Positions 25,332 through 39,700 of a DNA stretch of 64,000 bases are shown one piece after another. The notes beneath the pieces were generated by a model. That model did no database searches and was not told the origin of the DNA. It saw only the letters and a list, made by a program, of their open reading frames with translations. A program made the translations under genes and the position numbers. This DNA is from Eledone cirrhosa. Lineage: Eukaryota. Position 1 is the first letter of the stretch. Each line of letters begins with the position of its first letter. The stretch spans positions 30,194,001-30,258,000 of the forward strand of contig OZ024743.1 of the NCBI GenBank assembly GCA_964016885.1. The letters are read 5' to 3'.

Positions 25332-28306
25332 ATGTACTTTTATAGAGTGATTTGAATACAAAGGAGCACATTTAACATTGAGTTGCTCTTAGTGCCATCT
25401 ATCATATTAGTATGTGATTATTCTATGCAATATTAATGATGTATGAATATTTGGTATATTAAATTACCATGTAATTAGCACATATGCTCCCCATTTGCCA
25501 TACTATTTTCCTCATAATTACTAAAAGTAAAATCGTAATTTGAAAAACACATCTATAATATATTTTTCTCTTTTATGGATAATGGCAAGTATTGTCTCTT
25601 TGTCCACCTATGTTTTCCATTTGTCGTTGCCTGATATGAGTTACTGATAAGTTTAATTAACAATGTTTAGCATAGAATTGAATTTTGCAACCAGAAACAA
25701 CACTGGAGATTTTTGAAATCCTGGGAAAATTTAATTTTAATAATCCCTGATATTTCCTACGATATGTATTTGTAACCAGATATGACTCTCCGATTTTCAA
25801 TACTAGTTATATGTCACGTAGCGCATTAAATGATAATATTAATTTCAATGTTTCAGAAAATCATTTCTTTTTCCCATTTCACTACAGGTTCGTATCATAA
25901 TAGTAACCTAATTATTCTCAATTTTGTGTCATTATGCTCATAGAATAATCATATTTAAATTAAAAAAACAAACAAACTGAAATGTCACTTTTTTCTAATT
26001 CTTAATGTAAATGTTGATGTGTATTCTCGTTCATGATTTATCACGCTGAATTTTAGCAATAAGCAGCAATTATTCACATACAAAATAGACCTTAAAGGAA
26101 ACTTCTTTACATTTGCAAGGCCCGGTTTAAATTGAAATAAATATATGCATCTCAACTGAAAGATGTTACGCGGTCATTTTATGTAGCAAATCAGGTAACT
26201 ACACTAGGTTACGATTTAAAATTGAAAGCAAGTTATTTCTCTCCACATTGAATATGGATGGAAGTTGTAACATCCAAATGTACCACGCGGTTAATTATAT
26301 TTTCTTATTTGCTGTAAGAAACGTTTTTCATCCTCATATGTATAACAGAAGCGCCATCTTGAAGTTAGCCCAGCTGCTTGCATCTTATCTATCTTTATTT
26401 GAAGGTAATTAGTATAATAATTCCTTACACACATCTTATGATATAAAAGTTTTAATAACCCACTATGTATGTAGCCCCAAGGTTATATTTTGTAATTCGG
26501 AAATGCAATTATTTCTGTGTTTAACTTAGAATTTGTTTTCTATATATAAATGGGAATACAGTGTCTGAAACAGCATTTTCTTCGTTTTGTTTTACCTTGA
26601 TCCACAACTCGGTTTGCAAAGTAATTTCATTTTGCAGTAATTTAGATTCTGCAATTCTCTATTGATTTTCATTTTCGATGTATGCCGTATTTTGTTTTTC
26701 ATCATTTGGCAGATAATTAACTGGAGATTTAAAATCAAATTAGTTAGTTACGGCTACCAACGCTTCTATGTGCTTTGGCATATTTTCTTTAATTAAACTC
26801 CTGACGCCATTTCGTCTGAAGGTTTGGTAAACATCTTAGTCATTGATATAAAATAAATACTTTTTTATAAGTTATTGTAAACCATGTCAGTAATAATTGA
26901 TATGTGTATGTTTTGTTTCCTGAATATATACCTTTGTAGATACTTTCAGACATTTAATTGGCTACTAGGATGGCATATTATCATATTCTTTCCGGCCCCT
27001 TGCCGTATACCTTGTAAAGACACACAATTATTTGTAACGTAGTTCTAAATTAGCATAATTATGTCTTCGCATACATCAACACAGGAAATATTCACAAACA
27101 AAAAAAATAGCGGGAGCATTGTATAATAAAAGCATTTCGTTACCTTTCGGTGTTTTATTGGTTTCTTCTGTGGGTTATTCAAATCAACATTCAACTATAG
27201 ATGGTAACTAAGATTTTTAGAGTTTTTATAATCTAACACGAAAGTTTACTTCTATGTTATTAAGCCAATGTTACGTATATTTGTGTATAGGAAAATGTCT
27301 ATTACAAGTAGAATCCCTGGAGGGTTTCGTACCTATTACCAAGATAAGTTTTAATTCGTTATCGACAAAGTAAAATTGCACAATAGGACAATGTTTAGGG
27401 AGAGTAGCAAAACTCATTATGTTTTCCTTCTTCTAATAATACATGTTTACAATAAAGGAATTTATTTTAAAATACATTACATATTTCTATTTAATGTAAA
27501 TTAAATGAAACATTAATTTAATTTGCATTATGTTTTACTAATTGCCCATATTCAATATATCGTAGATGTATATGATATATAGTGAGCTATTGATCCTGAT
27601 TTTACTAAGTGTAATGTTCTGTACTAGATCAATGGAGTCCTTAAAACAAGCGATCTTCCATCCATACCTCTAAAATAATAATTCAATTTATATCAGGAAA
27701 ACATTCTAAAAGGTAGTGATTAATGTAAAAACCCATTCAGGAAGCTAAATTAATCACCTTAGAAAACTACATATATGTATATACTGTGAGACATATTGAG
27801 AAAGAATGATAGGTTAGCATGAGAGATAGTGAAATCGAGAAAGGAGAGAAAAAGAGAGAAGTTGTCACATTAGCAATTACAGCCGGAAAAATAATCTATG
27901 GACTGATGTCAGCTGCTTACAGCGCTATCCTAGAGTAATGTGAAACAAATGTCGACGCATATAGGGCAGGTCCAGCTATCGACTGATTCTAATTAGATGA
28001 CTGAGACTCCTTAGATCAAGGTGCAGGTAATAGCCATCAAGCTGGTAGGTATGATGAAAGTGAACGAATGTGAAAGGCATTAAAGCATAAACATTCTATT
28101 TTGAGCAAGCTCACATCAACATTTTTGTTTTCTATTTTAGAGAAAGTAGATTTGTTAAGGGATAGTGAAGGCAAGGGAATATCCCGAGTGAGATAAACTC
28201 CTCTAATCTATAGAGGGAATTTTTCTTAGATCAGCTCATCGCTAATGGGTTTGTAAATCCTCATTTTCTGTATATTTGTATTGCTCTTCGACTTTCTACC
28301 ATAGTG

Positions 28307-28307
<1 letters not shown>

Positions 28308-28337
<30 letters not shown>

Positions 28338-28376
28338 CTTCTTCTTCTTCTTCTTCTTCTTCTTCTTCTTCTTCTT

Positions 28377-28439
<63 letters not shown>

Positions 28440-28450
28440 GTTATTGTTAT
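28308..28450. repeat. (CTT)n + (ATT)n microsatellite at the 3' end of the R4-like element
   Basis: Direct reading. Confidence 0.95.
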
Positions 28451-31400
28451 TCCTTGAATCTCAGTCATTGATGTTGGTTAACTGGAAAGTCCGTTGGATT
28501 GAATATCAAGCTACTACCTGCAGCCTCAGATATTCAGGACGTATCGGAGGGTTCTTGCTGTTCCCAGCTAGCATGCCTTTTGAAGCGTTCCAAAAAGCGT
28601 GAAGGGGCCGATTTTCTTTAACCATCCCTGGAAACATTTGGAGATAGTCCCCAGTGCGCCTATGACGATCGGGATCACTTTGACTTCATGGCAGTTCCAA
28701 ATCCTTTTTACCTCCCACTTTAAGTCCTAGTATCGGTTAATTCAGACACGATCTTTTTTCTTTGTCCACAACTACCAGGTCAGGTCTATTGTGTTCCAAT
28801 TTCTTGTCCGTCTGTATCCTAAAATCCCACAGCACCTTCACCTGATCGTTCTCTATCACCGCCTCTGGCTTATGCTCATACCATTTCTCAGAATGTGGTA
28901 AATTGTTTACTTTGCACAGGTGCCAGTGGATCACCCTGCCCATCACATCATGTCTCCAGCCCTTATAGTGGGTCTGGGCTAAGTGTTTACACTCGGATAC
29001 AATGTGAGCCACAGTCTCCTCTCTCTCTCCACAGATCATGCACAGTGGGCTAGCCTCCTCCTTGTAAATATGGTGTTTCAACCACTTCGTTTTGAGGGCC
29101 TGCTCCTGCGCAGCCATTAACATTCCTTCTGTAGCCTTTTTAAGGTCTTCTCTTCTCAACCAGTTCCATGTCTGTGGATCTCTAAATTCAGTTTTCTCAA
29201 AGAAGGTGCTATGAAGGGATTTTTCCTGAAGACTGCTCTTTCTCCTTGATGTTATTTCCTCCTTGGACATCCCCTGGCCTATTGTCCCCTATTCAGTACA
29301 GTTCTGAGCATTGGCTCCTTACTATCAGTCACGTATTTGTGTAGATTGTTTTTCTCCATCTGAACACAGTCCTCTATGCTGATAAGACCTCTTCCACCCT
29401 CAGATCCCATTAAGTAGAGTCTATGGACATCACTCCTCTTGTGGAACATGTTGTAGATAGTCAATAGCTTCCTAGTCTACCTATCCATTTCTTTTTGTTC
29501 AGAAACATTCCATCTCAGAATTCCCGCACTGTACCTAATAATAGACACAGCTCGGGAATTTACTGCGCTTATGGCATTTCTGCTGTTCAGATGTGACTTC
29601 AATACGCTCCTTACTCTCCGTATGTATTCAGTTCTTAACAATTCCTTCATTTTTTTGTTCTTTATGCCATCTGCCTCCAGAACGCCCAAATACTTGTATC
29701 CTTCCACAGAGTCAATTTCCTTTATCATCTCACCTGTTGCTATCTGGATTCCGTTACTTCTGCTCAACCTACCCCTCCTCATCACAATGACTCCACACTT
29801 ACTAATACCAAATTGCATACATATATCATTGCTGAAAATACGGACAGTGTCAACAAGCACATCCAATTCCTTCTCACTCTTCCCGAAGAGCTTAAGATCG
29901 TCCATGAAGAGGAGGTGATTGATGGTAAGCCCTCCCTTTCCCAACCTGTATCCTGCTCTCACTTTTCGCAGTACACTGGTCAGGGGCATCAGGGGAAGGA
30001 CAAACAACAGAGGGGACAGGCTATCTCCCTGGAAGATACCTCTCTTGATCTTCACGCTTCCCAAGGATTCTCCAGTTGATGTCAACTCTGTTTCCCAGGA
30101 CCTCATACTTTTGCCCAACAACTGTCTGTTGTTATCTAGCACCTTCAAGATCTCCAGGTTTTTGGTGATCCAATAATGAGGCACCATGTCAAATGCCTTT
30201 CTGTAGTCTATCCATCCCATGGCAAGATCAGTGTGTCTCCTCCTGCAAGTCCCCATTACCATCTTATCAATAAGTAACTGGTCCTTTGTACCACGTGACT
30301 TCTTTCGGCATCCTTTCTGTTCGTCCGGTAACAAGTTGTTTGTGTGGAGGTGATGGTAGATTTCCTCAGACACAATGCTCATCAACAGTTTCCACATTAC
30401 GGACAGACATGTGATAGGTCTATAGTTGGTAACATCATTACCCTTGATTCGGTCTTTCATTATCAGAACTGTGGTACCTTTTGTCAACCACTCTGGTACC
30501 TCACCTGACATCAAGCAGTCATTGAACATGGTTGTCAGTTTCGGGTGGAGGGATGTTATATTTTTAATCCAATACACCTGCACACCACCTGGGCCTGGTG
30601 ATTTCCAGTTGGTTAGTTTTTTCGCCTGCCCCTTAAGAGTTTCAACTGTGATACTCAAATCAGTTTGTTGGTGTGCCTGTTCACCGATCTCCTTCTGTAC
30701 TGTCTCAATCCGCACTGCCTGGTCATTATGTCTAACATCCTGCTCCCATATTCCTCTCCAGAATGTTTTAGTTTGTTCCGAACCAGGGATCAAGTCGTTG
30801 CCTCTTTCTTTCCTCTCAAGCTGTGCAAACAGCATATTCTGGTTGTTGTCGAACATGCTGTTCTGTTTATACTGACTGACTCTGTTCTCGTATCGCCTGA
30901 TTTTTGCACTCTTTGCTACAATGCGTTGCTTCAGTTCCTCTATGATAATATTTAGCTTTTTCCTCCTAGTTTTGTACTTTATTTCCAGTCTATTTTTAGT
31001 GTCTATGTTTTTTAGTGTCCCATTCAGTAGTGACTCAAGCTTTCCAATGTCATTTCTCATTTCCCTGATTTGACCACTCAGTCGTTTCTTCCACCAAGGC
31101 TCTGCTCTTTCTTGTCTGTTGTTTCCTCTCGCTTTCATACCAAGTAGTTTCCTCACCGTATTTGCTGTTGCTTTGAGGATATTGTTGCACTGGTGAAGGC
31201 TCCTCGCCTCAAGGTATGGGATGACTTTGTTTACCTTAGCTGTTGTTTCTTTTAACTTTTACCTGTCTACAAATCTTAGGTTCATAGGTCTCCCACTATC
31301 ATTGTTCAATTCATCTACCACTAAATTTAGGATGTCAACCAAATCTTGTCCTAGCCCGTCAGCATTCATCTCCTCAGTGGCCGTATCTCTGTTCCAGGTA

Positions 31401-32010
31401 TTATTTATCTCAGTATTCAGATCATTGTCTGCTTCGGGTGGTTCCTCCGTTCTCTCGACCTCTTCACCTTCATTTCCCACTGGCTCGTTTGCCTGGCATA
31501 CTCCACCCTCCATCTAAGCTAATCTCTCTGCTCAGTTCCTCCAGTTCCAGCTCGCTTATCCACCCATTAGTTCTTATTACCCGAGCCTGCCCGGCCAATT
31601 TTTGTTCATCTAATTTAAATAGACCAATCTCGTTCCGGGATGTTATGCATCCGTCACCTATAGCCCCTCTCCTTGGGGTTACTTTTCAGGTAACATTGCT
31701 TAACAGTTCTATTCAATTCTTTCGTCCAGTTGGTTCTGGTCCCTTTCCTTCTTCTTCTTCCTCCGACACCAGCAGTATTTGGTTGACAGCCAGGTTCCTG
31801 CTGCTGAGCCAGCGAGCACCTGCTGGGTGAGAGTCTGTCACATGACGTTGTAGTCTCCATTTCACCGTTATTCGAACTGTTTAGGTTCCACATTTAAACA
31901 CTCTTATCGAGGATTGTCGAATGTATGGTTACATAACCACCTGTGGATTCACCGTCTCCAGTGGTTGCGTCGCTCCACCTAGCTCTTGTGTGGCATTATC
32001 ACGCTGTAGA
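28451..32010 (-). mobile_element. R4/Dong-clade non-LTR retrotransposon (RT + restriction-like endonuclease), near full length, inactivated
   Basis: Single long ORF broken by stops; 3' end runs into (AAT)n on the element strand; 5' boundary approximate. Confidence 0.85.
28526..31893 (-). pseudogene. R4-like RT-CCHC-RLE ORF with stops, frameshifts and a deletion
   Basis: NYRPITCL, WIDYRKAFDMVPH, RGIFQGDSLSPLLF, LFMDDLKL, YKYLGV, CMICGEREETVAHIVSEC, RHD, RPDLVV, VIPIVIGALG, LGTARTLRYVL. Confidence 0.92.
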
Positions 32011-32284
32011 CGAACACAAATAAACAAACAAACAAACAGGCAGAAAAAAACCCCAAAATGAATAAGCATAAGTTTCATTGTAATGTAGTGTTCGAATGTC
32101 TGACTTAGTTTTTCCCTTCCCTTCTCTGTCCGTCCGTTTGTTTCTCTCTTCATTCTTATTTTCTTTACGTTTTCTTGTTTTTGTTTTTTTTGTCTTTTTT
32201 TTTTCGTTTTTTTTTTGTTGCTGTGCTGCTTTGATTTTGATCTTTGTTTTTTCTTTTGAGTCTATCTATATATTTTGATGCCTT

Positions 32285-32935
32285 CCTCTTTTTTAGTAGG
32301 AATTCTAATAATGTTGTGGTGGTGCTGTGCTAGCAGCAAGAGGCAATGGGAGAGAATAGCGGCGGTAGCGATATTGAGGCAGTGGTGGTGGTGATGTGGT
32401 AGTATTACTGTAGTGATGGTGTCCTCTTTTAGTAGGAATTCTACAATGTGTTGGTGATGCTGTGCTAGCAGCAACTAGTAGGAGGCAGTGGGAGAGAATA
32501 TAGCGGCGGTAGCGATACTGAGGCAGTGGTGGTGGTGATGTGATCGTATTACTGTAGTGATGGTGTTGTAGTTGGGGTATAAATTTGAGTCGATTTGATT
32601 AGAGTTTTCATCGTGGTAGTGGTGGTGTTATTGGTGGTGAAATAATAATCTGTAGTCGTTTAGTAGTGGTGGTGATGTGATCGTATTACTGTAGCGATGG
32701 CGTTGTAGTTGGGGTATAAATTTGAGTCGATTTGACAAGAGTTTTCATCGTGTTATTGGTGGTGAAATAATAATAATAATCTGTAGTCGTTTAGTAGTGG
32801 TGGTGATGTGGTCGTATTACTGTAGTGATGGTGTTGTAGTTGGGGTATAAGTTTGAGTCGATTCGACCAGAGTTTTCATCGTGCCATGGTGGTGGTATTG
32901 GTGGTGAAATAATAATCTGTATTCGTTTAGTCATT
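32285..32935. repeat. Compound tandem repeat (~135-bp and ~125-bp units)
   Basis: tagtaggaattcta..gctgtgctagcagc x2; gtagttggggtataa.tttgagtcgat x3. Confidence 0.85.
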
Positions 32936-33686
32936 TTGCCATTTTCGACTCCAACATTCCTGATCCAAAATTACATATTAATCTTGTTTATCAATATTGT
33001 CTAGTGATATCGCCATCCTCCCCTTTCGTAAGTTAACAGAAGGTAGTGGGGAGGGGGGGGGGGGGGGTAGCGGTGGTAGCAATGGAGTGGTGGCGGCGGT
33101 GATGGGATAGTGGTAGTAATGATGGATGGGCGGCGGCGGCGGCGACTGTAGTGATGGTGTTGTCGTTACTAATGTCCGTTCAGTGAATCTATGGGGCTAG
33201 TCGCGTACATGTGTTGACATAAATTCCCTTAATGTTGGAATTAAACATTTTGTTAAAACTTGGGACAATAATAATAGTAATTATTATTATCATTATTATG
33301 TTGAGATTGGTTGTGGTGGTGGTGAAATTGCTGTTATCTGGCTGTTGTGTTTAGTGTACACAGAGGGGTGATGAGGTAGGTGGTGTATCTAGTTTCTGGT
33401 GTTGGTGAAATTGCTGTTGTTTGGCTGTTCTATATAGTGTAGACAGAAGGGGGGGTTCTTCTTCTTCCATTTATAGCCATTTTCATTTTTGAATATACAA
33501 TGTACAATACAAAGTTGAATATTTGAGCCTTATAACAATATATTTTGGGTCCGAAATTTTGGGGGGCTCAAGCCGGATGCTTTACGTAACATTTGTACTA
33601 ACAATTGTTATTTCACAAATGATTTAAATATGTTAAAAAATCAAAACTTACGGGAGCCATTTCTCGACCTTCTATCCACCAGTGTG

Positions 33687-33867
33687 TCTTCTTCTTCTTC
33701 TTCTTCTTCTTCTTCTTCTTCTTCTTCTTCTTCTTCTTCTTCTTCTTCTTCTTCTTCTTCTTCTTCTTCTTCTTCTTCTTCTTCTTCTTCTTCTTCTTCT
33801 TCTTCTTCTTCTTCTTCTTTTTATTCTTCTTCTTCTTCTTCTTCTTCTTCTTCTTCTTCTTCTTCTT

Positions 33868-33900
<33 letters not shown>

Positions 33901-34056
33901 ATTATTATTCTTACTATTATTATTATTGCCTTTCATCCTTACGGGGTCGATAAAATAAATTACTAGTAATGCAATGGGGTAATTGCTGGCCTTGTGCCAA
34001 ACGTAGAAACATTTATTATTATTATTATTTTTATTATTATTATTATTATTATTATA

Positions 34057-34089
<33 letters not shown>
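33687..34089 (+). repeat. (CTT)n/(ATT)n tract fused to SINE 3' half (33928-34011), then (ATT)n
   Basis: gcctttcatccttacggggtcgataaaataa...ggccttgtgccaaacgtagaaac. Confidence 0.85.
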
Positions 34090-34302
34090 GAATGCCATGG
34101 TTGACGGAGGCTCGGCTCTGTAAGGTATAGTAATTTTTAACCGTTAAAACAATTGTAAATTGTTTAAAACTTGAACCAAATTGTTGATAAAGACACCCTC
34201 CTCCTCGTGAGAGGGGTCTTTCTGTCCGTTATTTGGCCCTTCGGGGTTAAATAACCAGTTATTGGGGTTTTGTACCCAAAATTTCATTTTAAACAAAAAA
34301 AC

Positions 34303-36707
34303 ATGGCTACGAAAAAGAAATTTCATACGTCACTCCCACTCATTCCGTCTTCTTCTTCCTCAATCATCACTACAGCAGAGAGAAGATTGTCTCTCTCCCT
34401 CCCTTCTTTAAATGTGTCTCTCTCCCTCCCTTCTCTTTCGCAAGCGACGAAAGAAAAGAAAAGTCTCGTGCAAAGCGTGCAAGGTTTCTCCACGACGACG
34501 ACGACAGCGACGAAACAGGTGTGCGGGAAATACGAAAACCCAGTTCATTCGTCTGACGTCAGGAATAATAGCAGTAGCAGCCGTAATAACAACAGCAACA
34601 GTGACAATGAAAACAACAGTAGCAGCCGCAACAGCATCACCAGCAGCATAAACAACAACAGCATTAGCAGCAGCAACACCAACAACAACCACAGCAACAG
34701 CGGCGGAGGCAGTAGTCGTAGTACCTGCAGCAACAACAAAAGTACCAGCAGCTCTGACGACAACAACAACAGCAGAGAAAAACCAATCTCATTTGCAGGT
34801 ATTGCGAAAAACTTGGAAACAATCCTCATAACAAATGAGGAATTAGAGGAAGCGAAGAAGATGGTGACAAAGAACGGACACCGAGCAATCTGCAAGGCAG
34901 CGAAAAATTTTTTCGAAACCCAAGAGCACTGTACGGTCACGTACCGTACAGTAAGTACAAAATCCCGTAGGGTGGAAAGAGCCACAGAGGCCCAAATACA
35001 AAAAGCCTTGGGGTCTGTGTGGCAGCGGAAAACGCACATCACCCGAGGCAAAAAATATGCCACCGTAGACGTACTTTTTGCCACACCCCAGGAGGCAAAG
35101 GCCCAATCAGTAGTGACCCTAAGGAGCGAGGAAATGGTGTTGGTGCCCTCCTACTGTGGGCAAAAAATTGTGAGGGTCAAACTGACCCACGTCCCCCCCG
35201 GAATGACCCCTTCTTGGCTGGCCGCGTCTGTCCTCGTCGGAATCGAGGACAAAACAACTGTACTGCAAGTACAGAAAAAAGTAAGAGAAATTGGGTCGGC
35301 TCCTCCATTGAGATGCTAATCCAAACCAACCAGGAGTGCATCGAAGCTATCCCGGATGTGATAGACTTCGATAACGGCACTCAACTGCCCATAAGTGTTG
35401 AGGGCAAACGCCCGAAATGCTTTCGCTGTGGATCGAAGACTCACCTCAGGGCCTTCTGCAACGAGAAGACCCTGAGAAAGGAGAAAACCCCCCTCCTTCC
35501 GAATCCGGCTCCACGGCTACCAGCAACAGGACAAGCGGCAACCAGGAACGATAGGCCCGTGGCACCCATACCCACTCCACGGAAATCAAAAACAGCAGCA
35601 GCAGTGGAAATACTAACAACAACAACAGCAATACCAAATGCAGCTGCAACAGAGACTCCAGTGCAAACATCACCAACAACAACAAGTGAAAGAGTGGAGT
35701 TGGTACCCCTCCCCGACCTCACAGAATCAGACATGGAGTGTGAGGTGGGAGAGAGATGGCAAAAGGTCGTAAGAAGGCACAAACGCAGAAGCAGCGCATC
35801 GTCGCCTTTGAAAAGGGAGGAAAGAAATGAGAAAAGGGTAAAGTCTACTGCAAAGAGACCCACAGCAGCAACAACACCAACACCATCACCACCCACACTA
35901 GCGCCACCATCACCACCGGCGACAACCCCACCGCCAACAACACCTTCAACACCACCACCACAAGCACCAACATCGCAAACACAACAACAAAACACACACA
36001 CCCAGCAACAACGACAAGAAAATAGCAGAACCACACCCCACCCCCAGAAAAACAAATGCACGTCAATAAATACACACAACAAGAAACTAATGACTTACAT
36101 AATTGAACACACAGACATTTCACAACAGGACTACATAATACCAGCACCAATCAAAACGCCAACTAACATAAGACTGCTAAAAATAGCACAGAAACAATAC
36201 ATAAATATTAAAACGAAATTCCCCAACGCAGTTGGTGATTTCAGGGACCTAGGAGGAACCATCTATCGAAGAGTATACTCAGACATTCTCTTAGAAGAGC
36301 CGACGACCAGCCGAAGGGACGATTCAACGGTCCCTTCACCAGACGATCAAGTGAAAAGGGATGTAAAACCATCCCTCCTCTACCAAAAGTACGGTAAGTG
36401 GTCTTTCCCATCTTTTCCACTCTATTTTAAACATGACCTCACTCAGAATAGGCAGCATAAATGCGCGTGGCTTGGGGTCGTCATGGAAGCAGGGTCACCT
36501 GCTCAACGACCTCAGGTCACTAAACATAGATGTAGTGGCCATCAGCGAGACCAGAATGTCCGAAGCACGGGCCTTCGCACCGATCTTCGGCGGCTACGAT
36601 GTGTACGCATCTCCCAGCCGTCCGGGATCCGGTGGAGGAGTTGCTGTACTTTTTCGGAGAGGTTTGGATCTCGCCATACGGGCCATCTTCCTGGACCCAG
36701 AGGGTAA
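34303..36707 (+). pseudogene. ORF1 of copy B (gag-like, CX2CX4HX4C knuckle), 1-nt frameshift near 35290; true stop uncertain (36397 or 36707)
   Basis: gtaagagaa-attggg vs gtaagagaagattggg in copy A; KCFRCGSKTHLRAFC; S/N-rich and P/T-rich tracts. Confidence 0.85.
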
Positions 36708-39700
36708 GCTGGTGGTGCTGGACGTGACCAGCGGAGACGGGCAAGCTTTCAGGCTAGTGGCCGTCTATGCCCCGACAGGAGCAGGGCGGCCTGATTTCTT
36801 CCGGCGTCTGGAGACCTTTCTTGGAACGTCGCGCTCTTTAGTGTTAGTGGGCGACTGGAACGGGATCTTAGATGCACGCTGGGACTGTGTGGGATTAGCG
36901 GATAGGGGTGGAGGGTGCAAGAGCCTCACCAACCTGCTCAGGCGTTTTGAACTGTCTGACAGGTACCGATTGGATTTCCCGAATGTGCCAATGTGGACTT
37001 GGACAAACCGCATAGGGTCATCCAGATCATATCTAGATAGAGTATTTTGTAGGGAAATAGATAGGTCTAGCATAGGCTGTCCACAATTCAAGATAGTCAG
37101 CTACACGGACCACAAATTCGTGATCTGTGTGCTTGACTTAGATAGGCTTCATAGACGAGGACCCGGCTACTGGAAGCTAAACGCGTCCTTACCAGCGCGC
37201 AAGGCCTACAGAGACCGGATTAGCGAACTAGTTAAGCGGGCGTTGACGGGGGCCATCGTCAACAACAAGTGGTGGTTTGCTCTGAAAAGAGCGATTAGAA
37301 TAGAATCGATTAGATTTAGTAAGGCTTTAGCAATAGAGAAAAATAGAGCAGAGGGAGAACTAGTTAGAAAATTAGACGAGGCGCTTAGCAAAGGCATTGC
37401 GACCGACGTGCTTGCGGCGAAATTGGCCCTTGACCAATTCTTCAATGCAAAGCACGAAGGCTGCGTTGTCAGAGCAAGGGTGCGTGCTCTCAGACACGAG
37501 GGGACGAAAGCCGTTCAATGGGCCCGAGTGGCGGAGGCGCGTCGTGGCAACAAAGCCACGATCCGGTCTTTGGTGGACCACGACGGGCGCATGCTACTCG
37601 ATCCCGGGCAAATGTGTGAAGCTTTTCAGCGACACTTCGCTCAGCTGTTCGGGGGCAGCGGTGGGCCGGGTAGAGGGATGGACTTTAGTGTCTACCTCGA
37701 CGGACTGCCGCGGCTCTCGGCCACTGAGGCGAAGTGTTGCGAAAAGCCGATAACAGCCGCTGAAGTAAGGGAGGCAATGACTGGCTGCACAAGGGGTAAA
37801 TCGCCTGGTTTGGATGGTCTGCCCTATGAACTTTACGTACAGATGCCAGACTTGTTCGGAGGCCTCTTGGCGGACGTCTACTGCAACTGGCAACAGAACG
37901 GGAGAATTCCCAGTTCTGTGAGCCGAGGAGCGGTGGCACTGCTGAGAAAGGATCCGAACAAGGGGGATAACATAGACAATTTCCGGCCCATAACTCTGCT
38001 AAACACAGAGTTTAAGATTTTGGCCAAGGTGCTAGCAAAGAGGTTGGCGCTTGTCGTTGGTGGTCTGGTGGGAGAGGCGCAGACATGCGCCATTCCCGAC
38101 AGATCCATCCACGACAACCTCCACCTCATGCGATACATCGTAGAGAGGGTATCTAGGGAACCTGGCACGGGTGGGTCCTTGATCAATTTAGATCAGTCGA
38201 AAGCTTTCGATAGGGTCGACCATCGTTACCTAGCGGCAGTCCTGAGGGCGGCTAGCTTTGGGCCCGTCTTCAGAGGATGGATCGCTGCCATGCACAGCGA
38301 CATCTGCTCTGTAGTGAGAGTGAACGGTCACCTGTCGGAACCGTTCAACATCATGCGCTCGGTCCGCCAAGGATGTCCCCTCTCGTCCCTCTTGTACGTA
38401 TTGACTCTCGAGCCATTACTGCACAAACTGGAGACGTTGAGGGGAGTCCCGCGCGAACTAGGATGCGGAAGATCCGTGTCAGCATATGCGGACGATGTCA
38501 CCGTAGTGGTGTCGAACGCCAAACACATCGAGGCGATCGGCACTACACTAAGAGAATACGAAGCGGTGACAGGAGCAATGATCAACCAGGAAAAGTCAGT
38601 GGGCCTGCAGCTCGGCACCTGGAGAGGCAGGTCCATGCCGTCCAACAGCGTCGTCGGGCGCTGGACGGACGGACCGGTTAAATTGCTAGGGGTCTGGTTC
38701 GGTCCGGACCTCCAGACGGACAAAAACTGGGACGAGGTGACGAGCAGGGTGGCTTCTCTCACCCAGAAATGGGCGGAGAGGAAGCTATCCCTGAAAGGTC
38801 GAGCGGAGGTGGCTAACGCGTACATCGCGTCTGTCATCTGCTACCGCCTAACCGTCGTACCTTGTCCTAAGCCTCGCCTGACTGCGCTGGAGCGTTTGCT
38901 CTTTCGCTTTTTGTGGAAGGGACGTGCTCCGATGGTCAGGCGGTCCATCTGTTGTCAACACCCGCTACGTGGAGGGCTGGGCATGCCGTGGCTGATGATG
39001 CGCAGGCACGCGCTCAGGCTACGACATCTCCACCTCTTCCTCGACGGTGATCAGGTGTGGTCGCCGTTTGCTAGACGCGTTTTTCCCCAGCTCGTTTCCT
39101 TGACGGAGCTGCAGTCCTGGGTCAAGCGAAGACCGAGAGGGAGCGCCTGGAGACTGGAATGTCTTCAGGCGCTCACAGCCCTCGACCAATCGGGCAATGT
39201 GATCGGTGGAAACTCCACCTCGGCGTTCTATAGAGGATTAGTGGAGGGGAAGAGCGACGACGTACTTGGGGAAACTCTAGGCGTCGACGAAAATCAACTA
39301 GCCAATCTCTTCGGAAGAACTTTCGGGCCAGGGCCTATGGACAACTTCCAGAAATCTCTGGCCTGGCAGTGCTACCGAGGAGCCTTGCCAGTTCGGGATA
39401 AACTCTACAGGCATGGAGGTGCCGTCAGCCGGGCATGTCCGAGATGCGCGCAGGGCGACGAAACCGTCCTGCACGCACTCGTCCAGTGTCCGAAAATTGC
39501 TGACTTGTGGGTTTATGTCGAACACCTGCTGTCGCGTTTAGGACGGATCCAGCTATCATCTGAGTCTATCGTGAGGATTGCCCCGCCCTCCTCCTTTAGC
39601 CGGGAAGGGCAGGCAGTTTTTATCTGTCTGGTGGCCATGGCGAAAGAGATAGTATGGTGGACACGTTTGAAAGGGCTGAAGACGAGCACTTACCTCTTCG

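Noticed and set aside
32285-32935. CRISPR-like repeat array
   Set aside because: Units are wholly repeated with no unique spacers; eukaryotic context, no cas genes
34190-34222. HDV-like ribozyme suggested by ctcctcgt in the LINE 5' UTR
   Set aside because: Could not build P1, P1.1 or P2; it folds as a simple hairpin
36426-36432. TTTAAAC -1 frameshift heptamer before ORF2
   Set aside because: TTA AAC is already in the ORF2 frame, and copy A reads tttaaat
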